Below are positions 1 to 12,680 of a stretch of 64,000 nt of DNA, piece by piece. The stretch is from Gekko japonicus. Taxonomy: Eukaryota. The DNA is taken from positions 66,671-130,670 of the forward strand of contig NW_015160330.1 of NCBI RefSeq assembly GCF_001447785.1. The letters run 5' to 3'. Numbering within the stretch: the first letter of the stretch is position 1; each line of letters starts with the position of its first letter. The translations under genes were made by a program, and so were the position numbers. The notes under the pieces were generated by a model, which was not told where the DNA came from, ran no database searches, and saw only the letters and a program-made list of their open reading frames with translations.

Positions 1-2238
1 ATTTATTTATTTATTTATTTATTTATTTATGTATTTCTAATTATATCCCGCCTTGCCTGACTAGTTGTCTACTTTGCTGTCTACTTTGCCTGTGATCACA
101 CCGGCCATAAAGTGTGAGATGGACCCATTGCCTGTCCCTGTGGGAATGGAAGACCCTTAGGCCTACCCATGGATTCCTAAAGGCCTACCCTTGTCAGGGC
201 CTTTTTCCTACTGTGGAAGGGCCAGATTACATGCGACTCTCTTTCATGTGCAACCGAACGATGGCTCTTTTTGCACCCGTCTGTTTCCCTCCTGTTCTTC
301 CGTAGCCACGTCGGAACGTTAATTTCCCTCTGCATTGCATCTCGCTTTCACTTCCCTTGTGTCTCGGGTCTTTTTGGAGTTTCTGCATAGTTTTATAGCC
401 ATTCCGCAGTGAGGTTGGAGTCATTATGGTGTTGCCCCAGGGTACTAGAATGCACCGGCGTAATCTTCGTGGGGGCTGAGGAGCTTTCGCCCCTCCTGAA
501 CGTATTGAGCCCCCCGGGCCTTGCTACCCCCCCTGTCCCCCCACCACCCCATTTTGAAAGTGGAGGGTTCCCCCCCTTCCGCTTTCTGTGACTGTTCGGC
601 TGGATTGGGTGGGAGGGAACAAGTCAGGGCGGTGGGGGCTTCCTTCCTTCTGGAAGCTAAACTAGCCTGAAGAGGAGCTGGAGCGGGCTGCTTGTGGAGA
701 CTGGCTTCCCTGCTTTTCCTGTGCGCACACACGCACAGAAAAAGCAAGGTAGGAAGCATGCTTGTAGCTTGCCCAGGAAAGCTTACACTGAATGTATGTG
801 GGTCTTTAAAAGGGCTGCTGGCATCGGGGCCCTTCTCCTCCAACTCTCCATCTCCCGGGGCCAGCTCTGAGCCTCTTTTTCTGTTTTGTAAGACTCTGTT
901 GGATGTTAAGGAGACACAAATCTGTGATGCTGCCTTGTGATCTGCAATACAGGAGAAGGTGGCGTGAATCCTTTTTCTGAGGTGGCTGAACAGCACTGGA
1001 GAGATTCTGGGAGTGAGGCCCGTGCATTTACTCCAGAGTAGCCCCACTGGGTTGCATAGGGGCTTCATGCCTTGCTGAAGCTCCTTCCTGGAGAGGACGG
1101 GAAACATTTTTCCTTCCTCTCCAGCACTGCAAGGGTTAAACTCCCAGTTTGTTTGCTAGGAAGACCAAGCAAGGAGTTGGGGGGAGGAATCGGAAAAGAG
1201 GGAAAGCTTCCGCATTCTCATTTTTGTCACTCGTTTGTCCCTATTGCTTTGGGTCCCCCCTCCTTTTCTACATGTGTTTTGCTCCCTCTTGGACTACTAT
1301 AGAGAGCTAAACATATTGGGGGGGTGGGGGGAACCCTGAATCCATAGGAACACATAAGTGATAAAAATCAGAAAGCAGAAGAGCCTCTTCCTAGTGACCA
1401 CATCTCTAGTTACATGTCCAATTAGTTACAGAAGGAGCAGCTTACTGCATTTGCTACTGTGGGGATCTAGCGATCTATTGACCAACTGCCTCCCTTCCAC
1501 TGGTGCCATGTTCATATGGGGCTTAATGTGGTTATGGAGAAAAAAATTCAACACTCAAAGCAATAAGAAATTTATTGTAAAAGAAAATGGCCATACTAAC
1601 AGTCTGCACAGTAAGGATCAAGCAAGTATACAAAGAAAAGGTGCATACACACTTAAATGTTGTAAATAAGTAAATAAATAAAACACAGTCCTCTGCCCCT
1701 CCCCTAGACATACCCTGTCTGTTGTTATTCTAAGCTAGGCTATTTACACTTTACCACAACATCCTATCAGTCACCTGTTACATTGGGGCTTTGTTTGGGC
1801 TTCCTGACCCTTTGTTAGTGCCAGGTGGTAATGGTGGCAGTCAAGACGGAGCCACAGTGTTTGAGATTACTTGAAGGCAGTTAACGTGAAAGATACAAAT
1901 AGTTTTTTTAACTAAAATATTAAATGGAATCAAGGATTTTCTATTAATATTTCTTTCTTGTGAACTATACACAAAATGGACTAAAAATCTTGTTGAGGTA
2001 TACCTCTTGCCAGGAGACGAATATCTGATACAGAAAAGGTAATGACACTTAGGGCTTTCTGAACACACGCCTTTATTTGAATCAGGTCTGACCAGAGTCA
2101 TCCAGAATAGTGGTTACCATTCAAGCAACTATATTTTGAGTCTGCAGATGTTTCTTGAACTTTTTTAAAGGCAGCTGCCTTAGTGCATCTTATACTCACC
2201 CCACCATGACGTTGCCAAGTTGTTTGTGATGCTGATTC

Positions 2239-3186
2239 TTAGGGGATTTTGATTGAGACTATTCTGAGGATCCTCCTGTAGATCTGCTTGGTTTTGATGC
2301 TATAGATGATGGGGTTCATCAGGGGTGGCAAAAGAATGTAGAAATTGCCCATGATGATGTGGAGAAGGGGAGAGGCGTGCCGGCCAAACCGGTGCACCAC
2401 AGAGAGCCCGAGCACCGGGACGTAGAAGACCAGGACGGCACAGACGTGGGAGACGCAGGTGCCCAGGACCTTGCGGTGGCCTTCGTCCCCAGAGGTCATG
2501 CCCAGGACTGCCTTCAGGATCAGGCTGTAGGAGAGGAGGATGAAGAGGAGGTCAGAGCCCATGGTGAGGAAGATGAGGGTGAGAGCATAAAGGCTGTTGA
2601 AGGCTGTGTTGGCGCATGCCAAGCGGATCAGGTCCTGATGGAGACAGTAGGAGTTAGAAAGTGTTGCACCCTGGCAGTAGGGGAACTGTAGAAGAAAAGG
2701 GATAACGGGAATGAGGAGTAGCGTGCTTCTCAGCAGAAGGACCAGCCCAACTGTAGCCACCCTGTTGGAGGTCAGCAGAAGAGTATATCTCAGAGGGAAG
2801 CAGATGGCCAGGAAGCGGTCCAAAGACATGGCAAAGAGCACAGCGGACTCCATGAAGGAGAAGGAATGGAAGATGAAGGCTTGAGAAATGCACAGGCGCA
2901 CACCAATCTTCCTCAGCTGGAACCAGAGGACTCCCATGACGGTGGGCACGGTGGTGAGGCAGAGTCCCAGGTCGGTGGTGGCCAGCATGGCCAGGAAATA
3001 GTACATGGGCTGGTGCAGGCTGGGCTCCGTCCAGATGACGTACAGGATGGTGCAGTTGCCCAGCACTGCCACCAGGTAGATGGAAAAGATGGGGATGCCG
3101 ATCCAGTGGTGAACCATCTCCAGCCCTGGGAAGCCGCTCAGGCCGAGTGCGGGGTTGCTGACGTTGGCGGGGGTGAGTGGGGCCAT
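2239..3186 (-). CDS. Class I olfactory receptor, OR51-like, intact single-exon CDS (315 aa)
   Basis: ORF with OR motifs LHQPMYYFL, MSLDRFLAIC, SYCLHQD, KVLGTCVSH, PPLMNPIIYS and N-terminal sequon NVS. SYCLHQD and HRFG are typical of family 51. Confidence 0.95.
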   Translation of the reverse strand: MAPLTPANVSNPALGLSGFPGLEMVHHWIGIPIFSIYLVAVLGNCTILYVIWTEPSLHQPMYYFLAMLATTDLGLCLTTVPTVMGVLWFQLRKIGVRLCISQAFIFHSFSFMESAVLFAMSLDRFLAICFPLRYTLLLTSNRVATVGLVLLLRSTLLLIPVIPFLLQFPYCQGATLSNSYCLHQDLIRLACANTAFNSLYALTLIFLTMGSDLLFILLSYSLILKAVLGMTSGDEGHRKVLGTCVSHVCAVLVFYVPVLGLSVVHRFGRHASPLLHIIMGNFYILLPPLMNPIIYSIKTKQIYRRILRIVSIKIP

Positions 3187-3509
3187 GATGAGTCACACGT
3201 AGCACTTTCCCAGTTCCTTTGCAGAATGCCAGAAAGGGAGGGAGCGAAATGCCACCTTCAGGAACTGCTCTGGAATCCAGCAGGGGAACCCACGACCAAA
3301 TTTTCAAGGTCCTGTCTGAGCGATCTCTAAAACTGTTGATCAGGTAGCAGGACAGAGGAGCTATTATCCTTAGGAGATGCTGGTCATCAAATGTCGGAGA
3401 ATCTAGATAGGATTTGTAGGACAAGGGAAAGATGAATGTGATTTCTGAATGTGAGTTCTGACATTTCCTCTGACATGTTTATATGCCGACAGGTGCTACT
3501 GTGCCTTCG

Positions 3510-3746
3510 TAAGGCACAGATATAGAATGGGAGGGACTTGGCTTGACAGCAGCACATGTGAAAGGGATCTGGGTGTTCTGGTTGATCACAAGCTAAACAT
3601 GAGCCTGCGGTGCGATGTGGCTGCAAAGAAAGCGAATGCAATCTTAGGATGCATTAACAAAAGAAGCATAGTGTCCAGATCACGGGAGGTGGTCGTTCCG
3701 CTCTATTCTGCTATGGTCAGGCCTCACCTGGAGTCCTGTGTCCAGA
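3510..3746 (+). mobile_element. CR1 ORF2 fragment
   Basis: [15 protein letters not shown]...[10 protein letters not shown]...RPHLESCVQ. Confidence 0.85.
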
Positions 3747-3764
3747 CCGGAAGGTCAGTAGTTC

Positions 3765-4062
3765 AGTAGTTCAGCAGTTCAAGCCCCTAGTGCCACGTGA
3801 CGGAGTGAGCTCCCGTCTCAGGCCCCAGCTCCTGCCAACCTAGCAGTTCAAAAGCAAGAAATTGCAAGTAGATAAACAGGTACCACTTTGGTGGAAAGGT
3901 AACAGCGTTCCATGCGCCTTGGCATTTAGTCCTGCTGGCTGCATGACCACAGAAAAATCTTCAAACAACGCTGGCTCTTCAGCTTGGAAATGGAGATGAG
4001 CACCACCCCTAGAGTTGGATTTGATTGGCTTTTGAGCAAGGGAAACGTTTACCTTTACCTTT
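3765..4062 (+). mobile_element. Sauria SINE
   Basis: Body gcaagtagataaacaggtacc...gagatgagcaccacccctagagt, and an (ACCTTT)n tail. Confidence 0.8.
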
Positions 4063-6419
4063 TATGATGCACACAGCTCAAAGGCAGCAGAGTCACTGAG
4101 AGTTTCCTGAAATTATGACCAAAATAAGCTGTTTCTGGTCAGCTCCAGGACACCCCAAATGAACCAAAACACTCCCGGAATTCTAGGAGTAATGAAAATT
4201 TATCTCCTGAAATTTTTGGAGTGTTTCAAGGTTCTGGGGAGGTAGAGGAATGAGGAAAGAAAGAGTGGAAGCTGGCCCAAGCTGCTGACTGCTGTGGGGC
4301 GGGCTGTGCCACCTCTGAACCCTCTGGAGCTGGGAAGCCTCCGGCAGAGAAAATGCCAGTGTGGGACATCTGGGCCTGCATTCCTCTCTTTCTCTCCCCA
4401 CTTCTTTTGCCTCTGTGGCAGGGGGTAATGACAAAAATAGTGGTCCCAAATTTGGGGGTCCGGGAAAGACACCCCGGGGGGAAATCCTATGCCAGTAACA
4501 TTACTTTTGAAAATAGTGCCCCTACCTGAAATCCAGGTCCCAAATTATGGCATTTTTTTTTTTTGACGCGCATACCCTTAACATTTCCTTTCTTGGATGG
4601 AAGTCTCCCTTTGGTGGTATGCAGCTTTGCCTTCTCCCCACAAAAAAAAGGAGGCAAGGTTGTCAGTCGTATCAAAAACCCATTGGGGTGTTTTGAAGGG
4701 TCCACTGGGAAACTGACCTGAAATCCTGGGTGTTCCAGTGACCTTTGCTGATTCTCCCCTTGCTGGTGAGGCCTTTTCAGCAATGCCTGTCTCTGGAGCT
4801 TTCTCCACTGACAGCTTACACCGGAGAATCCGAGGAGTCAGGCCTTAAAGGGTGACTTTGCAGTTGCATTTGTTCCCTCTGCACTGGTTCCCCCCCCTCC
4901 AGTTTATTCATTTGTGTATNNNNNNNNNNNNNNNNNNNNNNNNNNNNNNNNNNNNNNNNNNNNNNNNNNNNNNNNNNNNNNNNNNNNNNNNNNNNNNNNN
5001 NNNNNNNNNNNNNNNNNNNNNNNNNNNNNNNNNNNNNNNNNNNNNNNNNNNNNNNNNNNNNNNNNNNNNNNNNNNNNNNNNNNNNNNNNNNNNNNNNNNN
5101 NNNNNNNNNNNNNNNNNNNNNNNNNNNNNNNNNNNNNNNNNNNNNNATTTTTACTGATTCCTTCTTATGCAGCTCTCTCTGGCTTTTTTAAAGTTTGCCT
5201 GAGCGGGAGGACACGTCCTCTTTTGCCTTTGGAGAAGAAGGGAAAGAAAACAGAACAGGGAGGAAGTGTCAGCCTAAAGAGAGAGGTGGACATGGGGGAG
5301 GGCAGCACTTAAATACCCACAGAAACAATTCCACTTTAGAAAGGATTAGCAATTTGAAATTGGATGAGAACAAAGAATCGCAGCAAGAGGAGTTTTGGTC
5401 GCTGCAGGGCAACGGTGTGCTGGAAGCGGTCTGAATGCAGATTCCTGTAAGACAAATGCAGAAACAAGAAAAAGTCCCGAGCCGAAGTGGGAGTGGAAGC
5501 GGGAGGGAATGCAGAATGGAAGAACAGGATGTACTCAGAAACCGAGGCAAAATACGGGAGTAGAAAGGGCCACTGTTACAAAGGGTATCTCGCCTCGCCA
5601 AGCTCCGCACCCACAAAGCTGTTTCCAGAACGTCAAGCCCTCCACTGGAGAGCTGAAAGAAGGAAAGAGCCCGAAATGCCACAGAGGAGCACAATGCAGC
5701 TGGTTTCCCTGCAAGGCAGCTGAATAGCGCTCAGGTGTTTTGTTCTTCGGAAGGAGCCATCCTGGTGCGGTCAAATACGAACCTTTATTCCCCACCGTTG
5801 GGCACTGGGAGAACTGACCCAATTGTCTTCTTCTCTAAAGGAATTAAATAAAACATTATTTCATCTGATCTCCCCGTTACTGTGGAGTGACAAGAAGGAA
5901 AGAGCTTAGAAAAGTCTTGGTTGAGGACTCTTTCTTGGACACTTCTGGAGGCAAGATATTAAGGGGATCCTCTGTCTGATTCAGAAAGGCTGAGCTCTTA
6001 CCTGGGACGCTGCAGGTCTTCCTACAGCCCGGGGGCTCCTGGTCTTTGTCTCCTTGACATTCCAGGGACAGAGACATGCATGAGGTCTATGCTACCATCT
6101 TAACTCCTGCAAAGAAGGGCGTGCTCTGTATGAAGCACCAGAGGACTGCCTCGGCTGATGGAGATGGCTGGGAGGATATATAGGCGAGGGACCCTTGAGG
6201 TATGCTGCGGTTGAGGCAGAAAAACCACAACAGTGGGAACAACAGCTGATTTGCTAGATGAATTCAGAGTGCCTCTCAGGGGAGCCTCATTGGAGCAAGC
6301 ACCCACCGGCTCCATTGTCAGCCTTGCTGTTACCCAAAGTAGACAGTCTCCACTTGAGTTGGGGGAATTAGCTAAAGGAGACAGAGCAAGAGGCAGGTAA
6401 CTGAGGTTTCCACCTATGT

Positions 6420-7080
6420 ACACCAGGATTTGTCCCCATGGGAACTCTCAGAAATAGCCAGGCAGTTGCTCAACTGAAAGAGTTTTTATTAAGAACAGTA
6501 TAAAACAAAAATTCACACAATAAACACACACGGGAGCTAACTAAGAAAGGCAGGGAGGAAAGGGCAGAGATTTTTAGGGAAGGGTGATATTTACTAGTCC
6601 TGAAGAGGTCCATGGAGGCAGCAAGTTGAAGAAGGAAACGGTCAGCATTTCAGCAAGCAAGAGAGAGAAGGCCCACATGCAAGTGGTGTGTGTGTGTGGT
6701 GCATCCAAGAACACACACACACTCACTGCTGGGGCAGCAGGGTGACATATTTATAGGGCGAAACACATCCTGAGGCAGGTTGACTCACTGCCAGAGGACA
6801 ATGAGTTCATGGGTCTACTGGAGGTAGACAGAGGTGGGAGAGGTTTGATGGCTTCACAAGGACTGGACAGGAAAGGTACTAAAGAAGGTGAATAGACTTA
6901 AGCATTGATTATTTGCCTCTTAATCAAGGGTAATGGGTGAAGGGGTAACCCTTGAAGACCCCACCCCCAGGGCAAATAGCTGTCCCCAGCCTGAAGCTTG
7001 AAGGGAGGAGGTGGGATTGGGGAAAGCGCCTGCCGCCTACAGCCTCTCCTGCCTTGTGCATGATCGGATCTTCTTGCAAG
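6420..7080 (-). mobile_element. Possible LTR
   Basis: Minus-strand TATAAA at ~6751 and AATAAA at ~6487 in LTR-like order. Boundaries and TSD not resolved. Confidence 0.35.
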
Positions 7081-7877
7081 AGGAAAGAGGGCACCAATAG
7101 GGTTGCCAGCCTCCAGGTGGGGCCTGGGGTTCTCTTCGAATTACTATTGATCTCCAGACTTCAGAACTCAGTGGCTACAGACCAGTGTTTCTGAGGGAGC
7201 CTTTGCTCATATCAGCCTGCCAATGAGGGCTGACGACTCTGGGTCGGGTGATTCCTAGAGGCTTGGAGGTGCAGCCTGAAGAGGGGTCTGAAAAGCCTCA
7301 GCAGGGATCTGATGACAGAAAAAATCCTCCCTCCAAAGATGCCATTCTCTTCAGGGCAATGGATCTCTGCAGTGTGGAGATCAATGGTCATTCCAAGAGA
7401 TCTCTGGGTCCCACCTGGACACTAGCAAGCTTCAGATCAGCTCCTGACCCCTGTTTGGCCTTGCGTGAAGGGCCTATTCAGCAATGGACTCCAAGTTTTG
7501 GAACTCCCTGTGCCCAGGAGGCTATTAACCTCCTGAAGGGGGCTGAAACCAGTGCTGTGATTTTTTTTGAATTCCTCATTCAAATGTTTTTGTGATTGTA
7601 CTACAGCTGTTTCATTGCAACTTATCTTGTTTAGTTTTAGTTTCACATTTTTATTACCTAGGTTGTAGTTTTAGTTCTTTGGATTTTACTGCCATTTTTG
7701 CTGGCTAATTCAGATGGAGTTTTGTTATCTTATTGTTTTTGCTGCTGTTAGTAGATTTTTACTTTATTCTGATCATAGCTTTGTATTATGTAATGCCCTG
7801 AATATTTTCGTTTTGTTTTATATATTTAGATAATTTTTAGTGGCCCCTGCACATGGCTGCTTGAGGTGACTTAACGA

Positions 7878-8009
7878 CAGGGGTCATTTCATAGAAAAAG
7901 AGCTAGGGGGACTCATTAGCATAACTCATTAGCATATGCCACACCCCCTGACATCACCGGTCAACCGGGGGGATGGCGTCGCCCCACGTCCCCCCCCAAA
8001 TGACCCCTG
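7878..8009. mobile_element. hAT-type MITE, family A, 8-bp TSD CTTAACGA
   Basis: TIRs CAGGGGTCATTT / AAATGACCCCTG flanked by identical cttaacga (7870-7877 and 8010-8017). Confidence 0.85.
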
Positions 8010-8301
8010 CTTAACGATAATGAAAAAACCAAAATAATATGAACAAATATATATTTTTATTTATTATTCAATTTATATCCCGCCCTCCCGTCAGGCTCAG
8101 GCAAAGCATTACAATTAGTCGGAACATCAAAAATGAAAACAGCTTCAGAAAGTTGTGCAACTGCAGGACACGATAAAAGTATATCTAAAACAACAGCTGT
8201 CTTAAGAACATCAGAAGACCCCTGCTGGATCAGACCAATGGTCCATCTAGCCCAGAATCCACAGTGGCGATTCCCTTCAGTCACCATGGCTAAAAGCCAT
8301 G

Positions 8302-8927
8302 CAGAGGTCATTTCCTGCAGGAGTGCACAGGAACGGAGCTCCGGCAGTAAAGAGCCCAGGGGGCGGGCACATGCAACAAGCCCCACCCCCTGCTCCCAGC
8401 AGCCCTCCGTCAGAGCAAGAAGCAGCCAGGCAAGTATACGAACTCCCCCCCTGCCCCCCCTCCAAGACAATCCAGTGGTACCTTCAAGACCAAGTTTTAT
8501 TCAGGTACAAGCTCTCCCACCTCTGCGAGGACAGATCTGCACGTTCCCCCCCCCCCCCAATACTTACAATCAANNNNNNNNNNNNNNNNNNNNNNNNNNN
8601 NNNNNNNNNNCAAGCTCTCCCTCCTCTGTGAGGACAGATCTGCACGTCCCCCCCCCCCAATAGCTAGGAATCCAAAACAGTCCAGTGGCACCTTTAAGGC
8701 CAAGGTTTATTCAGGTACGAGCTCTCCCTCCTCTGTGAGGGCAGATCTGCACATTCCCCCCCCCCCAATAGCTAGGAATCCAAAACAGTCCAGTGGAGCC
8801 TGAGCGGTGGGTGTTGCCTCCTGACACACTTCCGGTGATGTCAGGGGGTGTGGCACATGCAAATAAGTTATGCTAAGGAATTATGCTAATGAGCTCCTGT
8901 GCCTCTTTTTCTACAAAATGACCCCTG
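8302..8927. mobile_element. hAT-type MITE, family A, with internal tandem duplications
   Basis: Same TIRs and body as 25645-26070, with a ~115-bp internal unit repeated. No TSD seen. Confidence 0.7.
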
Positions 8928-9249
8928 GGTAAACCTGTCCCCCAGAAAACTGATGTACCCACCGCTTTCCACTATATTGGTAGATCTGGCCTTGGACCCT
9001 TAGAAAACATACCAGCACTTGTTGGGGTGGGAGACTCTTGCAGTCTACTTTGCTTTTGTTTTTTTAGTAAAATATGACAACCAGCATTACGGCTCAAGTA
9101 TAACATAGGTGGAACAATGACTGTCAGAACCCTGCCTAACCTAACAAACAGGAAAGGGCTTCAATGTTATCAACCTGCCCAAACTCCTTATTTATTCAAA
9201 TATTTATATCCCACTTTTCCCTGTGACTCCATGCAGCTTACAAATCATA

Positions 9250-9605
9250 AAAAAGGTAAAGGTCAAGGTTTCCCTCGCTCGAAAGCCAGTCGAATCCGAC
9301 TCTAGGGTTGCGGTGCTCATCTCCGTTTCAAAGCCGAAGAGCCAGCGCTGTCCAAAGACGTTTCCGTGGTCATGTGGCCAGCATGACTAAACACCAAGGC
9401 GCACGGAACGCTGTTACCTTCCCACTGAAGTGGTACCTATTTATCTACTTGCAATTTCTTGCTTTCGAACTGCTAGGTTGGCAGGAGCTGGAAGTAGAGA
9501 TGGGAGCTCACTCCGCCATGCGGCACCCGGGTCTCGAACTGCTGAACTCTACTGACCTTCCACAGCCTGCAGTTCAGCATCTTAACCACTTGAGCCACCA
9601 CAGCT
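9250..9605 (-). mobile_element. Sauria SINE, near full length
   Basis: Reverse of the ACCTTT tail (ggtaaaggt), body ggtacctatttatctacttgca, and a tRNA-like head (gtggctcaagtggttaag). Confidence 0.85.
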
Positions 9606-10441
9606 CCTTACAAATCATAGGTGTGTGCAAAAAAATTTTTTTCCCCTGGCTCAATTATCGCCTATGGGGACCAATATAGTAAATGAGCCCTATAAGCTAT
9701 AAAAGAGAATTGATCCGGGGGGGCTGCTGGCGCCTCTCCTCAAACCCCCCATCAAATTTCAGAAAGATTGGACCAGGGGTTCTAATTCTATGGACCCCCC
9801 CCCCCCAACAGAAATCCTCTGAGCTGGTCTCTGACATGTTGTGCGCCAGCGTCCACTAGCAGATCTTAGGGGGAACTGTGGTCACAAGTTCCCTCAGAGC
9901 TGTTGTCTCAAGGGCAGTCTTTTTGGAGGGTTTCTTATTGTTGTAAGCCGCCCTGAGCCGCTTCGGCGGGAGGGCGGGATAAAAATCTAATTAATAAATA
10001 ATACATAAATATTATTGAGAATGTTTCTGCTGTGTGGTTCTCACCTGCACTTGTGAGCGACCCTGAACCTCCACCAGAAGAGGGGGGGTGGAATGTTTGG
10101 TCAAAATATTTCAATCAATTGTACATCTATAGAAACGCAGCTTTAAAACACAGGTGACAGAGGCTTATGAGCACCTACGCCAGAATTTAGGAAGAACAGA
10201 GACCAAAACTGATGATAAACGGAAAGGAAAGAGACAATTCTTCAGGGAACACAGACGGGGGGGGGGGGGGGGGGAAAGTAAGACCAGGCGTATCAGAATA
10301 AAAGAATACAACGAAGGTATGCCAATGCAATTGACATTCTGATTTATCAAAAGGTGGAGAATACAACTTTTTAATATTTTGCACAGGACCCAGTCCTGCA
10401 ACGAGCAGAGACAGTGGCACCCTCAGCCTTATCTCGGTTCC

Positions 10442-11389
10442 TCAGACTCTCTTGAGTGAGACCATTCTGAGGATCCTGCTGTAGATCTGCTTGGTTTTGA
10501 TGCTGTAGATGATGGGGTTCATCAGGGGTGGGAGGAGGATGTAGATGTTGCCCATGACGACGTGGAGAAGGGGAGAGGCGTGCCGGCCAAACCGGTGCAC
10601 AACAGAGAGCCCGAGCACTGGCACGTAGAAGACCAGGACGGCACAGAGGTGGGAGACGCAGGTGCCCAGGGCCTTGCGGTGGCCTTCATCCCCAGAGGTC
10701 ATGCCCAGGACTGCCTTCAGGATCAGGCTGTAGGAGATGAAGATGAAGAGGAGGTCAGAGCCCAAGGTGAGGAGGATGACAATGAGGCCGTAGAAAGTAT
10801 TGAAGACTGTGTTGGCACATGCCAGGCGGATCACATCCTGGTGAAGGCAGTAGGAGTGAGAAAGGGTTGCACCCGGGCAGTAGGGGAACCGCTGAAGGAA
10901 CACCATGGGGGCCACCAGCAGCAGGGTGCTTCTCAGCAGCAGGACCAGGCCGATTCTCACCACTCTGCTTGTGGTCAGGAGAAGTGTGTACCGCAGGGGA
11001 TAGCAGATGGCCAGGAAGCGGTCCAATGCCATGGCAAAGAGCACAGCGGACTCCATGAAGGAGAAGGAATGAACAATAAAGAGCTGAGCGATGCAGGCGT
11101 GTTTGCTGATCTTCCTCAGCTGGAACCAGAGGACTCCCATGACGGTGGGCACGGTGGTGAGGCAGAGTCCCAGGTCGGTGGTGGCCAGCATGGCCAGGAA
11201 ATAGTACATGGGCTGGTGCAGGCTGGGCTCCGTCCAGACGATGTACAGGATGGTGCAGTTGCCCAGCGCTGCCACCAGGTAGGCGGAAAAGATGGGGATG
11301 CCGATCCAGTGGTGAACCATCTCTAGCCCTGGGAAGCCGCACAGGGTAAACAGTGTGGCACTGAGATTGGCTGGGGTGAGGGAAGCCAT
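10442..11389 (-). CDS. Class I olfactory receptor, OR51-like paralog, intact (315 aa from ATG at 11389)
   Basis: Same motifs (LHQPMY, MALDRFLAIC, HSYCLHQD, PPLMNPIIY). The start aligns with the paralog at 2239-3186 (MASLTPANLS vs MAPLTPANVS). Confidence 0.95.
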   Translation of the reverse strand: MASLTPANLSATLFTLCGFPGLEMVHHWIGIPIFSAYLVAALGNCTILYIVWTEPSLHQPMYYFLAMLATTDLGLCLTTVPTVMGVLWFQLRKISKHACIAQLFIVHSFSFMESAVLFAMALDRFLAICYPLRYTLLLTTSRVVRIGLVLLLRSTLLLVAPMVFLQRFPYCPGATLSHSYCLHQDVIRLACANTVFNTFYGLIVILLTLGSDLLFIFISYSLILKAVLGMTSGDEGHRKALGTCVSHLCAVLVFYVPVLGLSVVHRFGRHASPLLHVVMGNIYILLPPLMNPIIYSIKTKQIYSRILRMVSLKRV

Positions 11390-11472
11390 GACGACTGGCA
11401 AGTATCGCTTTCCAGTTCCTGTGAAATTCAAAGAGGGATCAGAACAAATTACGCTTTCAAAAGCCAGCTAAT

Positions 11473-12680
11473 AACATAGGAACAGAAGGACAGCCCTGCT
11501 GGATCAGGCCAATGGTCCCTCTAGGCCAGCATCCCGTCTCACACAGAGGCCAGCCAGTTCCTCTGGAGGGCCAACAACAGGGCAGAGAGGCCGAGGCCTT
11601 CCCTTGATAAGAACCTCATAAGAGCCCTGCTGGGTCAGACCAGGGAGGGTCCCTCTAGTCCAGCCTCCCGTCTCACACAGGGGCCAGCCAGTTCCTTTGG
11701 AGGACCAACAACAAGGCAGAGAGGCCGAGGCCTTCCCCTGAGAAGAACCTCAGAAGAGCCCTGCTGGGTCAGACCAGGGAGGGTCCCTCTAGTCCAGCCT
11801 CCCGTCTCACACAGGGGCCAGCCAGTTCCTTTGGAGGACCAACAACAAGGCAGAGAGGCCGAGGCCTTCCCCTGAGAAGAACCTCAGAAGAGACCTGCTG
11901 GATCAGACCAGTGAAGGTCCATCCAGTCCAGCCTCCTGTCTCACACAGTGGCCAGCCAGTTCCTCCGGAGGGCCAACAACATGGCATGGAGGCCGAGGCC
12001 TTCCCCTGATAAGAACCCCAGAAAGGCCCAGCATCCTGTCTCACACAGCAGCCAACCGGTTCCTCTGGAGGGCCAACAACAGGGTCGAGAGGCCGAGGCC
12101 TTCCACTGATGAGAACATCAGAAGAGCCCTGCTGGATCAGACCAGTGATGGTCCATCTAGTCCAGCATCCCATCTCACACAGGGGCCAACCAGTTCCTCT
12201 GGAGGGCCAACAATAGGACAGAGAGGCTGAGGTCTTCCCCTGATAAGAACACCAGAAGAGCCCTGCTGGGTCAGACCAGGGAGGGTCCCTCTAGTCCAGC
12301 CTCCCCTGGAGGGCCAACAACAGGGAAGAGAGGCCGAGGCCTTCCCCTGAGAAGAACCTGAGAAGAACCCTACTGGATCAGACCAGTGAGGGTCCATCTA
12401 GCCCAGCATCCCGTCTCACACAGTGGCCAACCAGTTCCTCTGGAGGGCCAAACAAACAGGGCATAAAGGCTGAGGCCTTCACCTGAGAAGAACCTGAGCC
12501 CTGCTGGATCAGACCAGTGAGGGTCCATCTAGCCCAGCATCTCGTCTCACACAGTGGCCAACCAGTTCCTCTGGAGGGCCAACAACAGGGCTTAGAGACC
12601 AAGGCCTTCCCCTGATGTTTCCTCCTGGCTCTGGGATTCAGAGGCTTAATGCCTCTGAAAGTGGAGGTTCCCTTCAGTCA
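11473..12680 (-). repeat. Tandem array (~9 units, ~125-135 bp) of a CR1-type 3' tail sequence
   Basis: Repeated agaagagccctgctggatcagaccag...tcacacagtggccaaccagttcctctggagggccaacaac...gaggccttcccctga. Confidence 0.85.

Noticed and set aside
100-2100. 220-aa ORF and LTR-like signals
   Set aside because: No recognisable domain, PBS or TSD, so it cannot be classified without a search.
2359-11342. Long antisense and alternate-frame ORFs over the OR genes
   Set aside because: Shadow ORFs caused by high GC3 in the OR coding sequence, with no independent motifs.
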